Source: Gemmatimonadaceae bacterium
GTDB lineage: Bacteria > Gemmatimonadota > Gemmatimonadetes > Gemmatimonadales > Gemmatimonadaceae
DNA: 64,000 nt
Reading direction: 5' to 3'
Assembly: GCA_051859245.1 (NCBI GenBank)
Contig: JBHYGA010000004.1
Span: 384,001-448,000 of the forward strand
Shown here: positions 1 to 9,366 of the stretch, piece by piece
Numbering within the stretch: the stretch's first letter is position 1
Layout of the letters: each line of letters begins with the position of its first letter
Made by a program: the position numbers and the translations under genes
The notes under the pieces: generated by a model
What the model saw: the letters and a program-made list of their open reading frames with translations, nothing else
What the model was told of the DNA's origin: nothing
The model's database searches: none

Positions 1-1
1 G

Positions 2-757
2 TCGCTCGCAGCTGGTGAGAACGCAGCGCTCCCCCTGCACGTCGTTGGGGCCGACGGAATGCTGCTCCGAAGCTTCGGTACGGAAGACATCTTTGGTGGC
101 GGCACATCGGAACGCACACTCGCGCCTCGTCTCGACGGCCAATGGTTCTGGCTTTCGGAGAGCGGACAGTATCGTTTGGAGCGCAGTGATACGTTGGGAC
201 GCGTCTCACGCGTTGTTACGGTTGCCACACCGTGGTGGTACGTGTTCAACTCAACAGCGGAGGTGCAGGCATTCTTTGATTCATTGCCGGCACCGGATGA
301 AATACCATCCGGTGCGGAGAAACGCCCTCGTCGACTTCGGTATCGTCCACCGTTCAGAATCGCGAGTGTTGTGCCTGACGCAGCAGGAAAGCTCTGGGTT
401 GCCCATCACACGCACGTCGACAACTGGGAAGTGCTTGAGGCCGAGTATGATCGCAGTTCGAGTGACGTCCGCCTGGCCGACGAGATGAACGGGAGAATGT
501 ATCGCACCGTGCTCGATGTGATCGATCCGGAGCAGGGTGTACTGATCGCGCGACGAATAATTCCGGGCTACGGATGGATTGCCAACGACGGCACATTCAT
601 TCACGTTCGATATCGTGACGACGGCATTGTGGCGCTCGACATATCGTCGCTGGCACTGAGCGGGTGGCCACAGGGTTGGCGCTGTTGCCGTTACACCTGC
701 ACCGCCTCCACTGTGCCCCGCGCCCGACTGCGCTCCGCGGCAAACGCCATCAGGTGA
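2..757 (+). CDS. beta-propeller-like secreted protein (NHL/6-bladed type), 5'-truncated by window edge
   Basis: Frame is open from base 2 (SLAAGENAALPLHVVGADGMLLRSFG...). The segments 'VPDAAGKLWVA', 'LDVIDPEQGVLIA' and 'DDGIVALDI' resemble the paralogs at 59.7-63.2 kb. Confidence 0.6.
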   Translation, partial: SLAAGENAALPLHVVGADGMLLRSFGTEDIFGGGTSERTLAPRLDGQWFWLSESGQYRLERSDTLGRVSRVVTVATPWWYVFNSTAEVQAFFDSLPAPDEIPSGAEKRPRRLRYRPPFRIASVVPDAAGKLWVAHHTHVDNWEVLEAEYDRSSSDVRLADEMNGRMYRTVLDVIDPEQGVLIARRIIPGYGWIANDGTFIHVRYRDDGIVALDISSLALSGWPQGWRCCRYTCTASTVPRARLRSAANAIR

Positions 758-2064
758 CTCTCGATTGACTGCGCAATGGTCGACGTCAATCGCGACGCAT
801 CTTGATGAGCGACGGCCTGCACAAAATCCGCGACCATACGCCAGTCGCCACCACCGTGTCCGGACTGCGCGTCGTCGTTGCTCTCCTCGACAACATCGCT
901 GATCCACTGGGTCACACGCCCTGTGCGGAAATCATGCGCTTCGAGATGTTGCATGTCGCCGTCGAGATAACCGTGTGAACCCATCACACGCGTGCGTCGA
1001 CCACTCATGGGCGTGAAGGCATCCATGCTGAACGACGCCGTGACATCATCCTCGAATCGCAAGTTCACCGTGTAGTGATCGCACTGATCGTTGTCCATGC
1101 GATAGACGCAGCGCCCGTAGTCGGATGTGCGCAGCGCATGCAGAATGTCGTCACCGCGTGTGGGTTCGTCAGCCGCGAGGTTGAACACGTACAATCGTTG
1201 CCGCTGTTCGTGATAAATGCGCAGCGCCGAGTAGGGGCAGGAGCGTTCTACCGTGCAGCCATCGGTGCAGCGGGCGGTGCTGCCATCAGGCGCGTTGTCC
1301 GCCGTGAACCACGACAGCGCACCGAAGGCCTGCAGGTCACGCGTGGGGCGGTCCACCAGCCAACGCAGAATGTCGAGGTCGTGACTGGACTTGGCGAGAA
1401 TGATTGGCGTAGACGAACTGCTCGACCGCCACGTGCCGCGCACATAGGAATGCGCCATGTGTACATGACCAATCGGCTCCATGTGCTGAATGTTCACCAG
1501 TCGACCAATCGCTCCGTTGCGAATGAGCTGCCGCATGTGCGCGAAGTACGGCGCGTAGCGCAGCACATGACATACAGCCACGATCCGCCCCGTGCTGCGT
1601 GCCCGCGCCAGCAACGCGCGACACTCGTCTTCGGTTGGCGCGATGGGCTTTTCGAGCAGTACATCGTAGCCCGCGTCGAGCGCTGCCATGCACGGCGCGA
1701 AGTGCAGCTGATCGGGTGTGCTCACAATGATCGCGTCAGCAAACTTCGGCCTGGCAAATACTTCTTCCCAGTCCACAAACCGAGCGTCGTCTGGTATGTT
1801 ATGCCGATCTCCGTAACCATCGCGGCGCACCGGCGACGGCTCCGCAACGCCAACGATCTGCAAATGATCCGGGTATGAGAGCGCAAAGTTGCCGTACACG
1901 TTCCCACGTGCACCAGCGCCGAGTGTGATCGCGGTAATCGCACGCGGCGGCGGCACAAGTTGGCGCGCGTCAGGCAGATAGAGCGGCTGCCCGCGCTCGT
2001 TCGTTGCATCGGTGGAAAAGGGGAACGATGCGTCGGCGTGAGAATCCAAGTGTGCGGAAGTCAT
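691..2064 (-). CDS. Gfo/Idh/MocA family oxidoreductase
   Basis: Rossmann GAGARG, 'STPDQLH', 'VLLEKP', 'VCHVLRY', 'KSSHDLD' and 'GHGGGD' motifs. Start taken at ATG 2064 (alternative 2073). Confidence 0.92.
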   Translation of the reverse strand: MTSAHLDSHADASFPFSTDATNERGQPLYLPDARQLVPPPRAITAITLGAGARGNVYGNFALSYPDHLQIVGVAEPSPVRRDGYGDRHNIPDDARFVDWEEVFARPKFADAIIVSTPDQLHFAPCMAALDAGYDVLLEKPIAPTEDECRALLARARSTGRIVAVCHVLRYAPYFAHMRQLIRNGAIGRLVNIQHMEPIGHVHMAHSYVRGTWRSSSSSTPIILAKSSHDLDILRWLVDRPTRDLQAFGALSWFTADNAPDGSTARCTDGCTVERSCPYSALRIYHEQRQRLYVFNLAADEPTRGDDILHALRTSDYGRCVYRMDNDQCDHYTVNLRFEDDVTASFSMDAFTPMSGRRTRVMGSHGYLDGDMQHLEAHDFRTGRVTQWISDVVEESNDDAQSGHGGGDWRMVADFVQAVAHQDASRLTSTIAQSIESHLMAFAAERSRARGTVEAVQV

Positions 2065-2139
2065 CTCTACCACTACACCACTGCACGCCGTATCGCAATT
2101 CGCCGGCGATTGCTGATCACCACAGACGGCAGCGTGCTG

Positions 2140-3135
2140 CTATCGCGCGGTCGGCAACGCGACCAACCGTCGGGTCTCTTCATCCCACAGCGCGAGCCGC
2201 GCACACGCAAATCCTTCGCGCAACGAAATCTGCCGTACGTTCGCGAACAGTGCGGTGTTCTCGTGGCATTGAACCAGTCGATACGACGGCACGCGCGGAC
2301 TTAAATGATGGATGTGGTGATATCCGATGTATCCGGTGAACCATGCCAGTGCACGAGGCAACGCGTAGTACGACGAGCCTTCGAGTGCGGCTCGCACAAA
2401 ATCCCACTCGCCGTCTTCCGCCCAGTAGGTGTCTTCGAACTGATGCTGCACATAGAACATCCACATGCCAACCGTGGATGCAATCACGGTTACGGGCCCC
2501 TGCACCAGCAGAAAATCGCGCCAGCCCACCAGACTCACCATCAACGACACCACCAACACGATCACCACGTTCGTCATCAGCATGCTGCGGCGCTCGCGCT
2601 TCCACTCGGCGCGCGCAAACATCGGTAGTCGCATCATGATCACGAAGTACAAGACCGGCGCGAGTCCGAACATCACGACGGGATGCCGCATCAGGCGGTA
2701 ACGACGCTGCGCAGACGGCGACATGGTGCGATACTCGCGCAGTGTGATCGTTTCAATATCGACGTGACGCTTGTCGAGGTTCCCGGACGTCGCGTGATGC
2801 GTACCGTGAAAATGTCGGAAGTAGCCGTACGGCAGCAGCGTAAACGGCGCACACAGGCGCCCAATGATCGTTCGCCACCGGCGCGACGCGACAAAACTGC
2901 CGTGCCCACAGTCGTGTTGCACAATGAACGTGCGCACCACAAAGCCAGCCGCCGGAAACGCCAGCGCGAGTGTGAGCAGATACGACACCGAGAGCGAGCG
3001 ATGCATCAGCCACCACAGCACCAGAAACGGTGGCAGCGACGTCGCAAAGGCCCACCACGCCCGCGCGGTCTCCGGGCGTTCGTAGCGACTTACATGTGCA
3101 CGCAGTGCGTCGGCCGATGGCAGTGAGTTCCGCAT
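2140..3135 (-). CDS. membrane fatty acid desaturase (Bacillus Des-like)
   Basis: Three His boxes (HDCGH, HFHGTHH, HHIHH) and hydrophobic helices. Start taken at MRNSLP. Confidence 0.92.
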   Translation of the reverse strand: MRNSLPSADALRAHVSRYERPETARAWWAFATSLPPFLVLWWLMHRSLSVSYLLTLALAFPAAGFVVRTFIVQHDCGHGSFVASRRWRTIIGRLCAPFTLLPYGYFRHFHGTHHATSGNLDKRHVDIETITLREYRTMSPSAQRRYRLMRHPVVMFGLAPVLYFVIMMRLPMFARAEWKRERRSMLMTNVVIVLVVSLMVSLVGWRDFLLVQGPVTVIASTVGMWMFYVQHQFEDTYWAEDGEWDFVRAALEGSSYYALPRALAWFTGYIGYHHIHHLSPRVPSYRLVQCHENTALFANVRQISLREGFACARLALWDEETRRLVALPTAR

Positions 3136-3342
3136 GTGCCAAGGAGTGTACACCGCCCCTGCACACCAAACATCCGTCACATGACGTAGAACGCCGATGC
3201 TGGCCACCATGTCGCATCGCCCCGACATGCTGTGCGGGTTTCCCGCACGCGCGAAACGTGACTCGCACGCCATGCTATGTGAGGCGACGCGACCGAGCAG
3301 TCCGCCAGGTGCGACGCCGAATCACATCACTCTGGAGTCTGC

Positions 3343-3828
3343 ATGATTCACGAAGTCGAAGGCGATATTCTGCTCTCGGGCGCGCACGCGATCGCGCACG
3401 GCGTTTCGCCCAACGATCACTTTGACGTTGGCTTGGCCCTCGCGCTCCGCGAAATGTGGCCGTCAATGGCCAAGGATTTCCGGCACTACGCCCATCAGGC
3501 GCATCCTACACCCGGCACGGTGTGGACCTATCCCACCGCCGACGGTCGGGTGATCTACAATCTCATCACACAGGAAGGCGAGCAGCTGCGCGGCGGCTCG
3601 TCCGGCGCGGCGTCGGTCTCCAACGTGCACCACGCGCTCAAGGCGCTGCGGGTCCAACTCGAGAAAGACGGCGTTCGAAGCCTCGCCCTTCCGCGGCTCG
3701 CCACCGGCGCCGGTCGCCTGGACTGGGCCGACGTCCGGCCGCTCATCGCGCAACAGCTCGGTGACCTGCCCATCCCCGTCTATCTGTACACCACCTTCCA
3801 CCACGGTCAGGCCGCCAAAGAGTCTTGA
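3343..3828 (+). CDS. macro domain protein (ADP-ribose binding/processing)
   Basis: N-terminal 'IHEVEGDIL', 'IAHGV', 'IYNLITQ', 'SLALPRLATGAGRLDW'. GGAG RBS upstream. Confidence 0.85.
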   Translation: MIHEVEGDILLSGAHAIAHGVSPNDHFDVGLALALREMWPSMAKDFRHYAHQAHPTPGTVWTYPTADGRVIYNLITQEGEQLRGGSSGAASVSNVHHALKALRVQLEKDGVRSLALPRLATGAGRLDWADVRPLIAQQLGDLPIPVYLYTTFHHGQAAKES

Positions 3829-3873
3829 CACCCTCGCATTCTGGTGCGACTTTGTTTGCCGTCCGAACAAAGT
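3825..3873 (+). promoter_or_regulatory. sigma70-type promoter (-35 TTGACA 3825-3830) overlapped by ROK-type operator ACTTTGTT-N9-AACAAAGT (3849-3873)
   Basis: Perfect 8-bp inverted arms. A near-identical copy lies at 17395-17419, and a ROK repressor is encoded in the locus. Confidence 0.8.
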
Positions 3874-3933
3874 TTGACTGGGACGGCTAATTGTCCCTCC
3901 CACCCGTCTGCTCCCACCCAGGACGAGGCCCGT

Positions 3934-6900
3934 ATGAGCCCGACTCGAACGCCCCTGACCCGATCACGGGTCAGGCGCCGGTTCGCCCCCGCCGCCGCGC
4001 TTGCCGCGGCGCTGTTGCTCTCGGCGACGCCGACCATCTCGGCTCAGACGCCTCAAAACATCCGTGTGGTCAGCGACGCGTCGGGGGCCCGACTGCAGGT
4101 GAACGGTCGGGACTTCATGGTGCTCGGCATGAACTGGGACTATTTCCCGATCGGCCAGAACTACGCCTACAACTTCTGGGGCCAGTCCGACGAGTTCATT
4201 CGCACGGCGCTGGATCGGGAAATGGCGCTGCTCAAAAGCATGGGCGTCAACACGATCCGTCAATACAACGGCGTGCCACCCAAATGGGTGCGATACATCT
4301 ACGAGAACTTTGGCATCTACACCGTACTGAATCACGCGGTGGGGCGATACGGCGTGACGGTAGGCGGCGCCTACAAGGCCAATACTGACTATTCAGATCC
4401 GCGCGTGCGCGAGCTGCTCAAGGCCGAAGTCGCGGCATTGGTGGAGCAGTTCCGCGGCACACCGGGTCTGCTCATGTACATGCTCGGCAACGAAAACAAT
4501 TACGGGTTGGAATGGAAATCGGCCGAGACGGAAAACCTGCCCGTTGGCGAACGGAACGCGGCCAAGGCGCGGTATTTGTATTCGCTCTTTGGCGAGATCA
4601 TTCGGGACATCAAAACGCGTGATCCCGCGGTGCCCGTGGCAATGGCGAATGGCGACCTGCAGTACATCGACATCATTGCCGCTGAGACCAAGGGTCTCGA
4701 CGTATTCGGCACGAACGTGTACCGCGGTATTTCGTTTGGAAATCTGTTTGCCGAAGTCAAGGAGAAACTCGGGCTGCCAGTGATGTTCACGGAGTTTGGC
4801 GCCGATGCCTACAATGCCAGAGAGCGTCGCGAAGACCAGCTTACGCAGGCACGCTATCTGCTTGGCCAGTGGCAGGAGATTTACGCGCAGTCTGCCGGCA
4901 AGGGCGGCGTTGGAAATGCGATTGGTGGCATGACCTTCCAATGGTCAGACGGGTGGTGGAAGGTAGGACAGGAAACCAATCTCGATGTGCAGGACAACGA
5001 CGCCGGATGGTCGAACGAGGCGTACCGCGAAGATTTCATGCGCGGTGACAACAACATGAATGAAGAGTGGTGGGGCATCATGGCCAAAGGCCCCACCGAT
5101 GCGCAGGGTCACTTTCAGCTGTATCCGCGCGCGGCGTACTACGCGTTGCAGCGCGCGTACGCGCTCGATCCGTACGGAACTGGTACCGACGCGGCACGTA
5201 TTCGCGCGCACTTCGGCGCGATTGCACCGGCGGCGATGGAACTGCTCGCCAACGGCAATCGTGCGGCGCGCGGTGCCGAGATCGGAGATCGGTATCGCAT
5301 TGCTGGCATGCGACTCGAACTGTCGAGCTTCAATACGGGTGGCAGCAACATCAGCACGCCGGCTGAGGGGACGACGCCGAGCCCAACGGCGCGGCCTGCC
5401 GTTCGCGGATTTGATCACCTCGAGTCGTATTTCGTTGATGTGGAAGCACGACCGGCGTCGAATGTGACCGCGATGCTGTCACTCAATGTGACGGGCAACA
5501 TCCCCGACAATCCGATCAACGAACTGTTCTACGAGAATCGCGCCCGCACACGCACGCTGCTGACCGATGGCGGACCGTCTGTAAGCACCGAGGGACTGGA
5601 GCGTTTGCGTGTGTACCGCGCGAGTTTGCGCTGGGACGAGCGCGATTTCCGTCTTGACGGTTTCTATCGTACCGGGCATTACCACTGGGGTTACGAAGGC
5701 GACTTCTTTGGCATGTACCGTGAAGCGAACTACGGCGCCAATATTGACATTTATGGTGGTGAAGCACCGCTCGGCGTGGAGTTCACCGGAAAGCGCGCAC
5801 TGTCGGGACTCAAGCTGGCCGTGGGTCCGGAGCTCTGGTGGGGCGCGAACCCCGCGGTACTCGCGAAGTACCGCAAGCAAGTGGGTCGCTTTATGGTGAC
5901 GGGTGTGTATCAGGAAGATCTGGCGCAACGGGGGGCGACGTCGAGCTCGTTCGCTATCCCGCAGCCGCAAGTGCGCGCCACCACGATGCACGTTGCAACC
6001 ACGGTGGGACCCGCTGGCGTGGAGCTGGGCGGTATCTGGGGTGGCAATACACGTGTGGGTCGCACGTTCCAGATTGCCGATGGTGAGCCCGGCAACTATC
6101 GCGTGCTGCAGGATCGTGTGAAAGACAGCGATGCACTTGGTGCGAAAGCCAAGATCACGATCTCAAGTGGCCGCTGGAACTGGTACGCGCAAGGCGCAGC
6201 GATGGGCCTGGTTGCTGACGGTGGACAAACGTCAACGATGACGTTCACCGGATGGGGACTGAAGGACAGCGGTATGGGCAATCAGTGGAATGCGCTGAGC
6301 GGCTTTACGTATTCTGTTGGCAACGTGCAGATTGCGCCCAACTTTTTGTGGCAGAAGCCGATTGTTGGTCCCGTGCCGAGTGATGTGCCTGCGCCCGGCC
6401 GACCGCGCAACATTCTTGATGATCCGTTCTCGGTGCGATGGAATCGTGAAACGGTTGGCGCGGAGTTGTTGCTCACGTTTGATCCCACGCCGGCGACGTA
6501 CATGCATCTGTGGGATTCCGACACGCGGGAAGACGCGCGCCTCGCGGGCACACTTGGATTCACGTATCGCCACTTGCCCACCACGCAGGACGCCGCGATT
6601 GGTATTCTCGCCGACGGACGCACGTTTTTTGCCTTTCCGGGCGCTGCACCAGCACAGGACCTGTGGGAAGTGCGCAGCCGCGTGGTATCGCGCGTAGGTC
6701 AGGATGTACGTGTGATCGCCAATCTGTTTGGCGGTACAGCACAGGCCAATGGTGACAGCGATCGTTTGCTGCGTCGTTACGGCGGCGAGCTGCGCGCGGT
6801 GCGGAATCAGATCAAAGTGGCTGCCTCGGCCAAGTTCAACGATTGGGGACCGTTCGACTATCATCGCGACTTCAACCTCACGTTCCCCGAGCAGTACATG

Positions 6901-7119
6901 GCCGATGTGTCATACGTGCTCGGCATTCCCAACTGGACAGACGCGCCGGCTACACGGTTTGGCATTCGTGGCACGTGGCGATCACTCGACCGTTTCTCGC
7001 CGCGGTATTGTCCGGCCGAAGTACCCAATGCACTGGGTACGCCCACGTGCGATCCTACTGCTCCGGGTGCGCGCGGTTCAGAGTGGGAGATTCGCACGTA
7101 CCTCACGGTTGGTTGGTGA
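3934..7119 (+). CDS. clan GH-A TIM-barrel glycosidase (GH2/GH158-like, probable beta-1,3-glucanase) fused to C-terminal putative outer-membrane beta-barrel
   Basis: Signal peptide ending ISA|Q. Acid/base motif 'LGNENNY' and nucleophile motif 'MFTEFGAD'. The C-terminal ~600 aa are rich in amphipathic beta strands and end EIRTYLTVGW. Confidence 0.8.
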   Translation: MSPTRTPLTRSRVRRRFAPAAALAAALLLSATPTISAQTPQNIRVVSDASGARLQVNGRDFMVLGMNWDYFPIGQNYAYNFWGQSDEFIRTALDREMALLKSMGVNTIRQYNGVPPKWVRYIYENFGIYTVLNHAVGRYGVTVGGAYKANTDYSDPRVRELLKAEVAALVEQFRGTPGLLMYMLGNENNYGLEWKSAETENLPVGERNAAKARYLYSLFGEIIRDIKTRDPAVPVAMANGDLQYIDIIAAETKGLDVFGTNVYRGISFGNLFAEVKEKLGLPVMFTEFGADAYNARERREDQLTQARYLLGQWQEIYAQSAGKGGVGNAIGGMTFQWSDGWWKVGQETNLDVQDNDAGWSNEAYREDFMRGDNNMNEEWWGIMAKGPTDAQGHFQLYPRAAYYALQRAYALDPYGTGTDAARIRAHFGAIAPAAMELLANGNRAARGAEIGDRYRIAGMRLELSSFNTGGSNISTPAEGTTPSPTARPAVRGFDHLESYFVDVEARPASNVTAMLSLNVTGNIPDNPINELFYENRARTRTLLTDGGPSVSTEGLERLRVYRASLRWDERDFRLDGFYRTGHYHWGYEGDFFGMYREANYGANIDIYGGEAPLGVEFTGKRALSGLKLAVGPELWWGANPAVLAKYRKQVGRFMVTGVYQEDLAQRGATSSSFAIPQPQVRATTMHVATTVGPAGVELGGIWGGNTRVGRTFQIADGEPGNYRVLQDRVKDSDALGAKAKITISSGRWNWYAQGAAMGLVADGGQTSTMTFTGWGLKDSGMGNQWNALSGFTYSVGNVQIAPNFLWQKPIVGPVPSDVPAPGRPRNILDDPFSVRWNRETVGAELLLTFDPTPATYMHLWDSDTREDARLAGTLGFTYRHLPTTQDAAIGILADGRTFFAFPGAAPAQDLWEVRSRVVSRVGQDVRVIANLFGGTAQANGDSDRLLRRYGGELRAVRNQIKVAASAKFNDWGPFDYHRDFNLTFPEQYMADVSYVLGIPNWTDAPATRFGIRGTWRSLDRFSPRYCPAEVPNALGTPTCDPTAPGARGSEWEIRTYLTVGW

Positions 7120-9335
7120 CCACGCGTAGCACAGGTCGTTCCGTGTCTGTGGAGCAGCAGATCACCGCGCTGCTTGCCCGCATGACACTGGACGAAAAGA
7201 TCGGGCAGTTGGCGCAGGTGAACGCGGCCGGCGGTCACGTGCCCGATCACCTGCGTGATGCGATTCGTGAAGGGCGCATTGGTTCGGTGCTGAATGAAGT
7301 GCACGTTGAGACCGTCAACGAGCTGCAGCGACTCGCGGTCCACGAAAGTCGGCTCGGTATTCCGCTGCTGATCGGGCGCGATGTTATTCACGGGTTCACT
7401 ACCGTATTTCCGATTCCGCTGGGGCAAGCGGCCAGCTGGAATCCTGCGTTGGTAGAAGAAGGCGCGCGCATCGCCGCGTACGAAGCGGCCGCGTGCGGTG
7501 TGAACCTGACGTTCGCGCCCATGATCGACATTGCGCGCGATCCTCGGTGGGGACGTGTGGCCGAATCACTCGGAGAAGATCCGCATCTTACCGGCGTGCT
7601 GGGCGCGGCCATGGTTCGCGGCTTTCAGGGTGACGACCTGGCACACGATGGCAGTATTGCCGCGTGTGCGAAACACTTTGCGGGCTACGGCGCAAGCGAG
7701 AGTGGTCGCGACTACAACACCACCAACATTCCCGAGAACGAGTTGCGAAACGTCTATCTGCCGCCGTTCAAGGCGGCGGTGGATGCGGGCGTCGCCAGTC
7801 TCATGACCTCGTTCTCCGATCTGGATGGTGTGCCTGCGTCGGCCAATACCTTCTTGCTCAGACAGGTGCTGCGCGACGAGTGGCGCGCCGATGCCATGGT
7901 GATCAGTGACTGGGAATCCATTCGGCAACTGGCCGTACACGGGTTCACGGAGAACGACCGCGAATCGGCGTACCAGGCGGCCACGGCGGGCGTTGATATG
8001 GAAATGGCCAGCACCACGTACGCTGATCATCTCGCGTCGCTTGTGCGCGAGGGGCGAGTGACTGAACAAACGGTCGATGCGTTGGTGCGGAATGTGTTGC
8101 GCGTGAAGTTTCGTCTGGGATTGTTCGACAACGCGCAAACGAATGCCTCCACGTATGCGCCCGCGGCAAACGCAGAACACTTGAAGGCCGCATACAACGC
8201 CGCGGTAGCGAGCGCGGTACTGCTCAAGAACGACGATTGGGCGCTGCCGCTCGATGTCGACTCGTTGGAGCGCATTGCCGTGATCGGCCCCCTGGCGGAT
8301 GATCCGTACGAGCAACTTGGCACGTGGATCTTTGATGGCGACGCGGCACACAGTCGCACGGTGCTGCAGAGCATTCGCGAGTATGTGGGCGACCGCGCTA
8401 CGGTAGAGTTTGCGCGCGGCGTGCACACCACGCGCAGTCGCGGTCACGACGCGTTTGACGACGCGGTCGCGCTGGCTGCACGCGCTGATGTAACGATCCT
8501 GGTGCTTGGTGAAGAAGCGATTCTGTCGGGCGAGGCGCACTGCCGCGCCGACATTACGTTGCCCGGTGCACAGCAGGCGTTGCTGGAAGCCGTGTCGGCC
8601 ACGGGCACCAAAGTGATTCTGGTGCTGATGGCCGGCCGGCCACTCGCGCTTGAGGAGGCCGTGCGACATGCGCCGGCGATTCTGTATATGTGGCACCCCG
8701 GGACCATGGGTGGTGCCGCGATCTCTGACTTGTTGTTCGGTGTAGCGTCGCCAAGTGGTAAACTACCGGTCACGTTTCCGCGGGTGACGGGGCAAATCCC
8801 TATCTATTACGCGCACAAACACACCGGCAAACCCGCCACGGCTGAGTCATTCATTCACATGGAAGACATTGAGCCGCGGGCGCATCAGGTGTCGGTGGGC
8901 AACACCTCTTTTCATCTGGATGCCGGCTTCACGCCGCTCTTTCCGTTCGGGTTTGGTCTGTCGTACTCGCATGTGGAGTACGAGCACATGCAGTGCAGCA
9001 CGGCAGTGCTCACCATGAGCGGCCGCATTACGATCAGTGCTGACGTGGTGAACGTTGGTCCGCGTGCTGTTGAGGAAGTGGTGCAGCTATATGTGCGCGA
9101 CCTCGTCGGCGATGTGACACGACCGGTGAAGGAACTCAAAGGGTTTACTCGTGTGCGCCTTGAACGCGGTGAACGTCGCCACGTGTCCTTCACACTGACA
9201 CCACGCGATCTTGCGTTTTACGGGCGGGCGCAGCGCCTGATCGTGGAGCCGGGTCGCTTTCATGTCTGGATTGGAGGCAGTTCCAATCCGGAGCTGCGCG
9301 CTGAGTTCACGTTGGTCGACGACACGACGCACTAG
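7116..9335 (+). CDS. bglX: GH3 beta-glucosidase (BglX-like) with FnIII domain, no signal peptide
   Basis: 'MTLDEKIGQL', 'DVIHG', 'RDPRWGR', 'KHFAGYG', 'ISDW', 'PSGKLPVTFP', 'EEVVQLYVRD...RPVKELKGF'. GTGA overlap with the upstream stop. Confidence 0.93.
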   Translation: MTTRSTGRSVSVEQQITALLARMTLDEKIGQLAQVNAAGGHVPDHLRDAIREGRIGSVLNEVHVETVNELQRLAVHESRLGIPLLIGRDVIHGFTTVFPIPLGQAASWNPALVEEGARIAAYEAAACGVNLTFAPMIDIARDPRWGRVAESLGEDPHLTGVLGAAMVRGFQGDDLAHDGSIAACAKHFAGYGASESGRDYNTTNIPENELRNVYLPPFKAAVDAGVASLMTSFSDLDGVPASANTFLLRQVLRDEWRADAMVISDWESIRQLAVHGFTENDRESAYQAATAGVDMEMASTTYADHLASLVREGRVTEQTVDALVRNVLRVKFRLGLFDNAQTNASTYAPAANAEHLKAAYNAAVASAVLLKNDDWALPLDVDSLERIAVIGPLADDPYEQLGTWIFDGDAAHSRTVLQSIREYVGDRATVEFARGVHTTRSRGHDAFDDAVALAARADVTILVLGEEAILSGEAHCRADITLPGAQQALLEAVSATGTKVILVLMAGRPLALEEAVRHAPAILYMWHPGTMGGAAISDLLFGVASPSGKLPVTFPRVTGQIPIYYAHKHTGKPATAESFIHMEDIEPRAHQVSVGNTSFHLDAGFTPLFPFGFGLSYSHVEYEHMQCSTAVLTMSGRITISADVVNVGPRAVEEVVQLYVRDLVGDVTRPVKELKGFTRVRLERGERRHVSFTLTPRDLAFYGRAQRLIVEPGRFHVWIGGSSNPELRAEFTLVDDTTH

Positions 9336-9366
9336 TGCGTACCACCATCAACTTTCTGTTACTCCC

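Noticed and set aside
3343..3828. Macro domain as DarG antitoxin of a DarTG defence system
   Set aside because: No DarT-like ADP-ribosyltransferase is adjacent, and there is no DarG C-terminal region.
6843..7115. ORF-track N-terminal extension of the first GH3 (similar extensions at 3844, 9262, 17307, 18125, 26056, 29493, 33125, 59072)
   Set aside because: They overlap neighbouring genes or promoters and lack family-like sequence. Downstream starts have an RBS, translational coupling or proper signal peptides.
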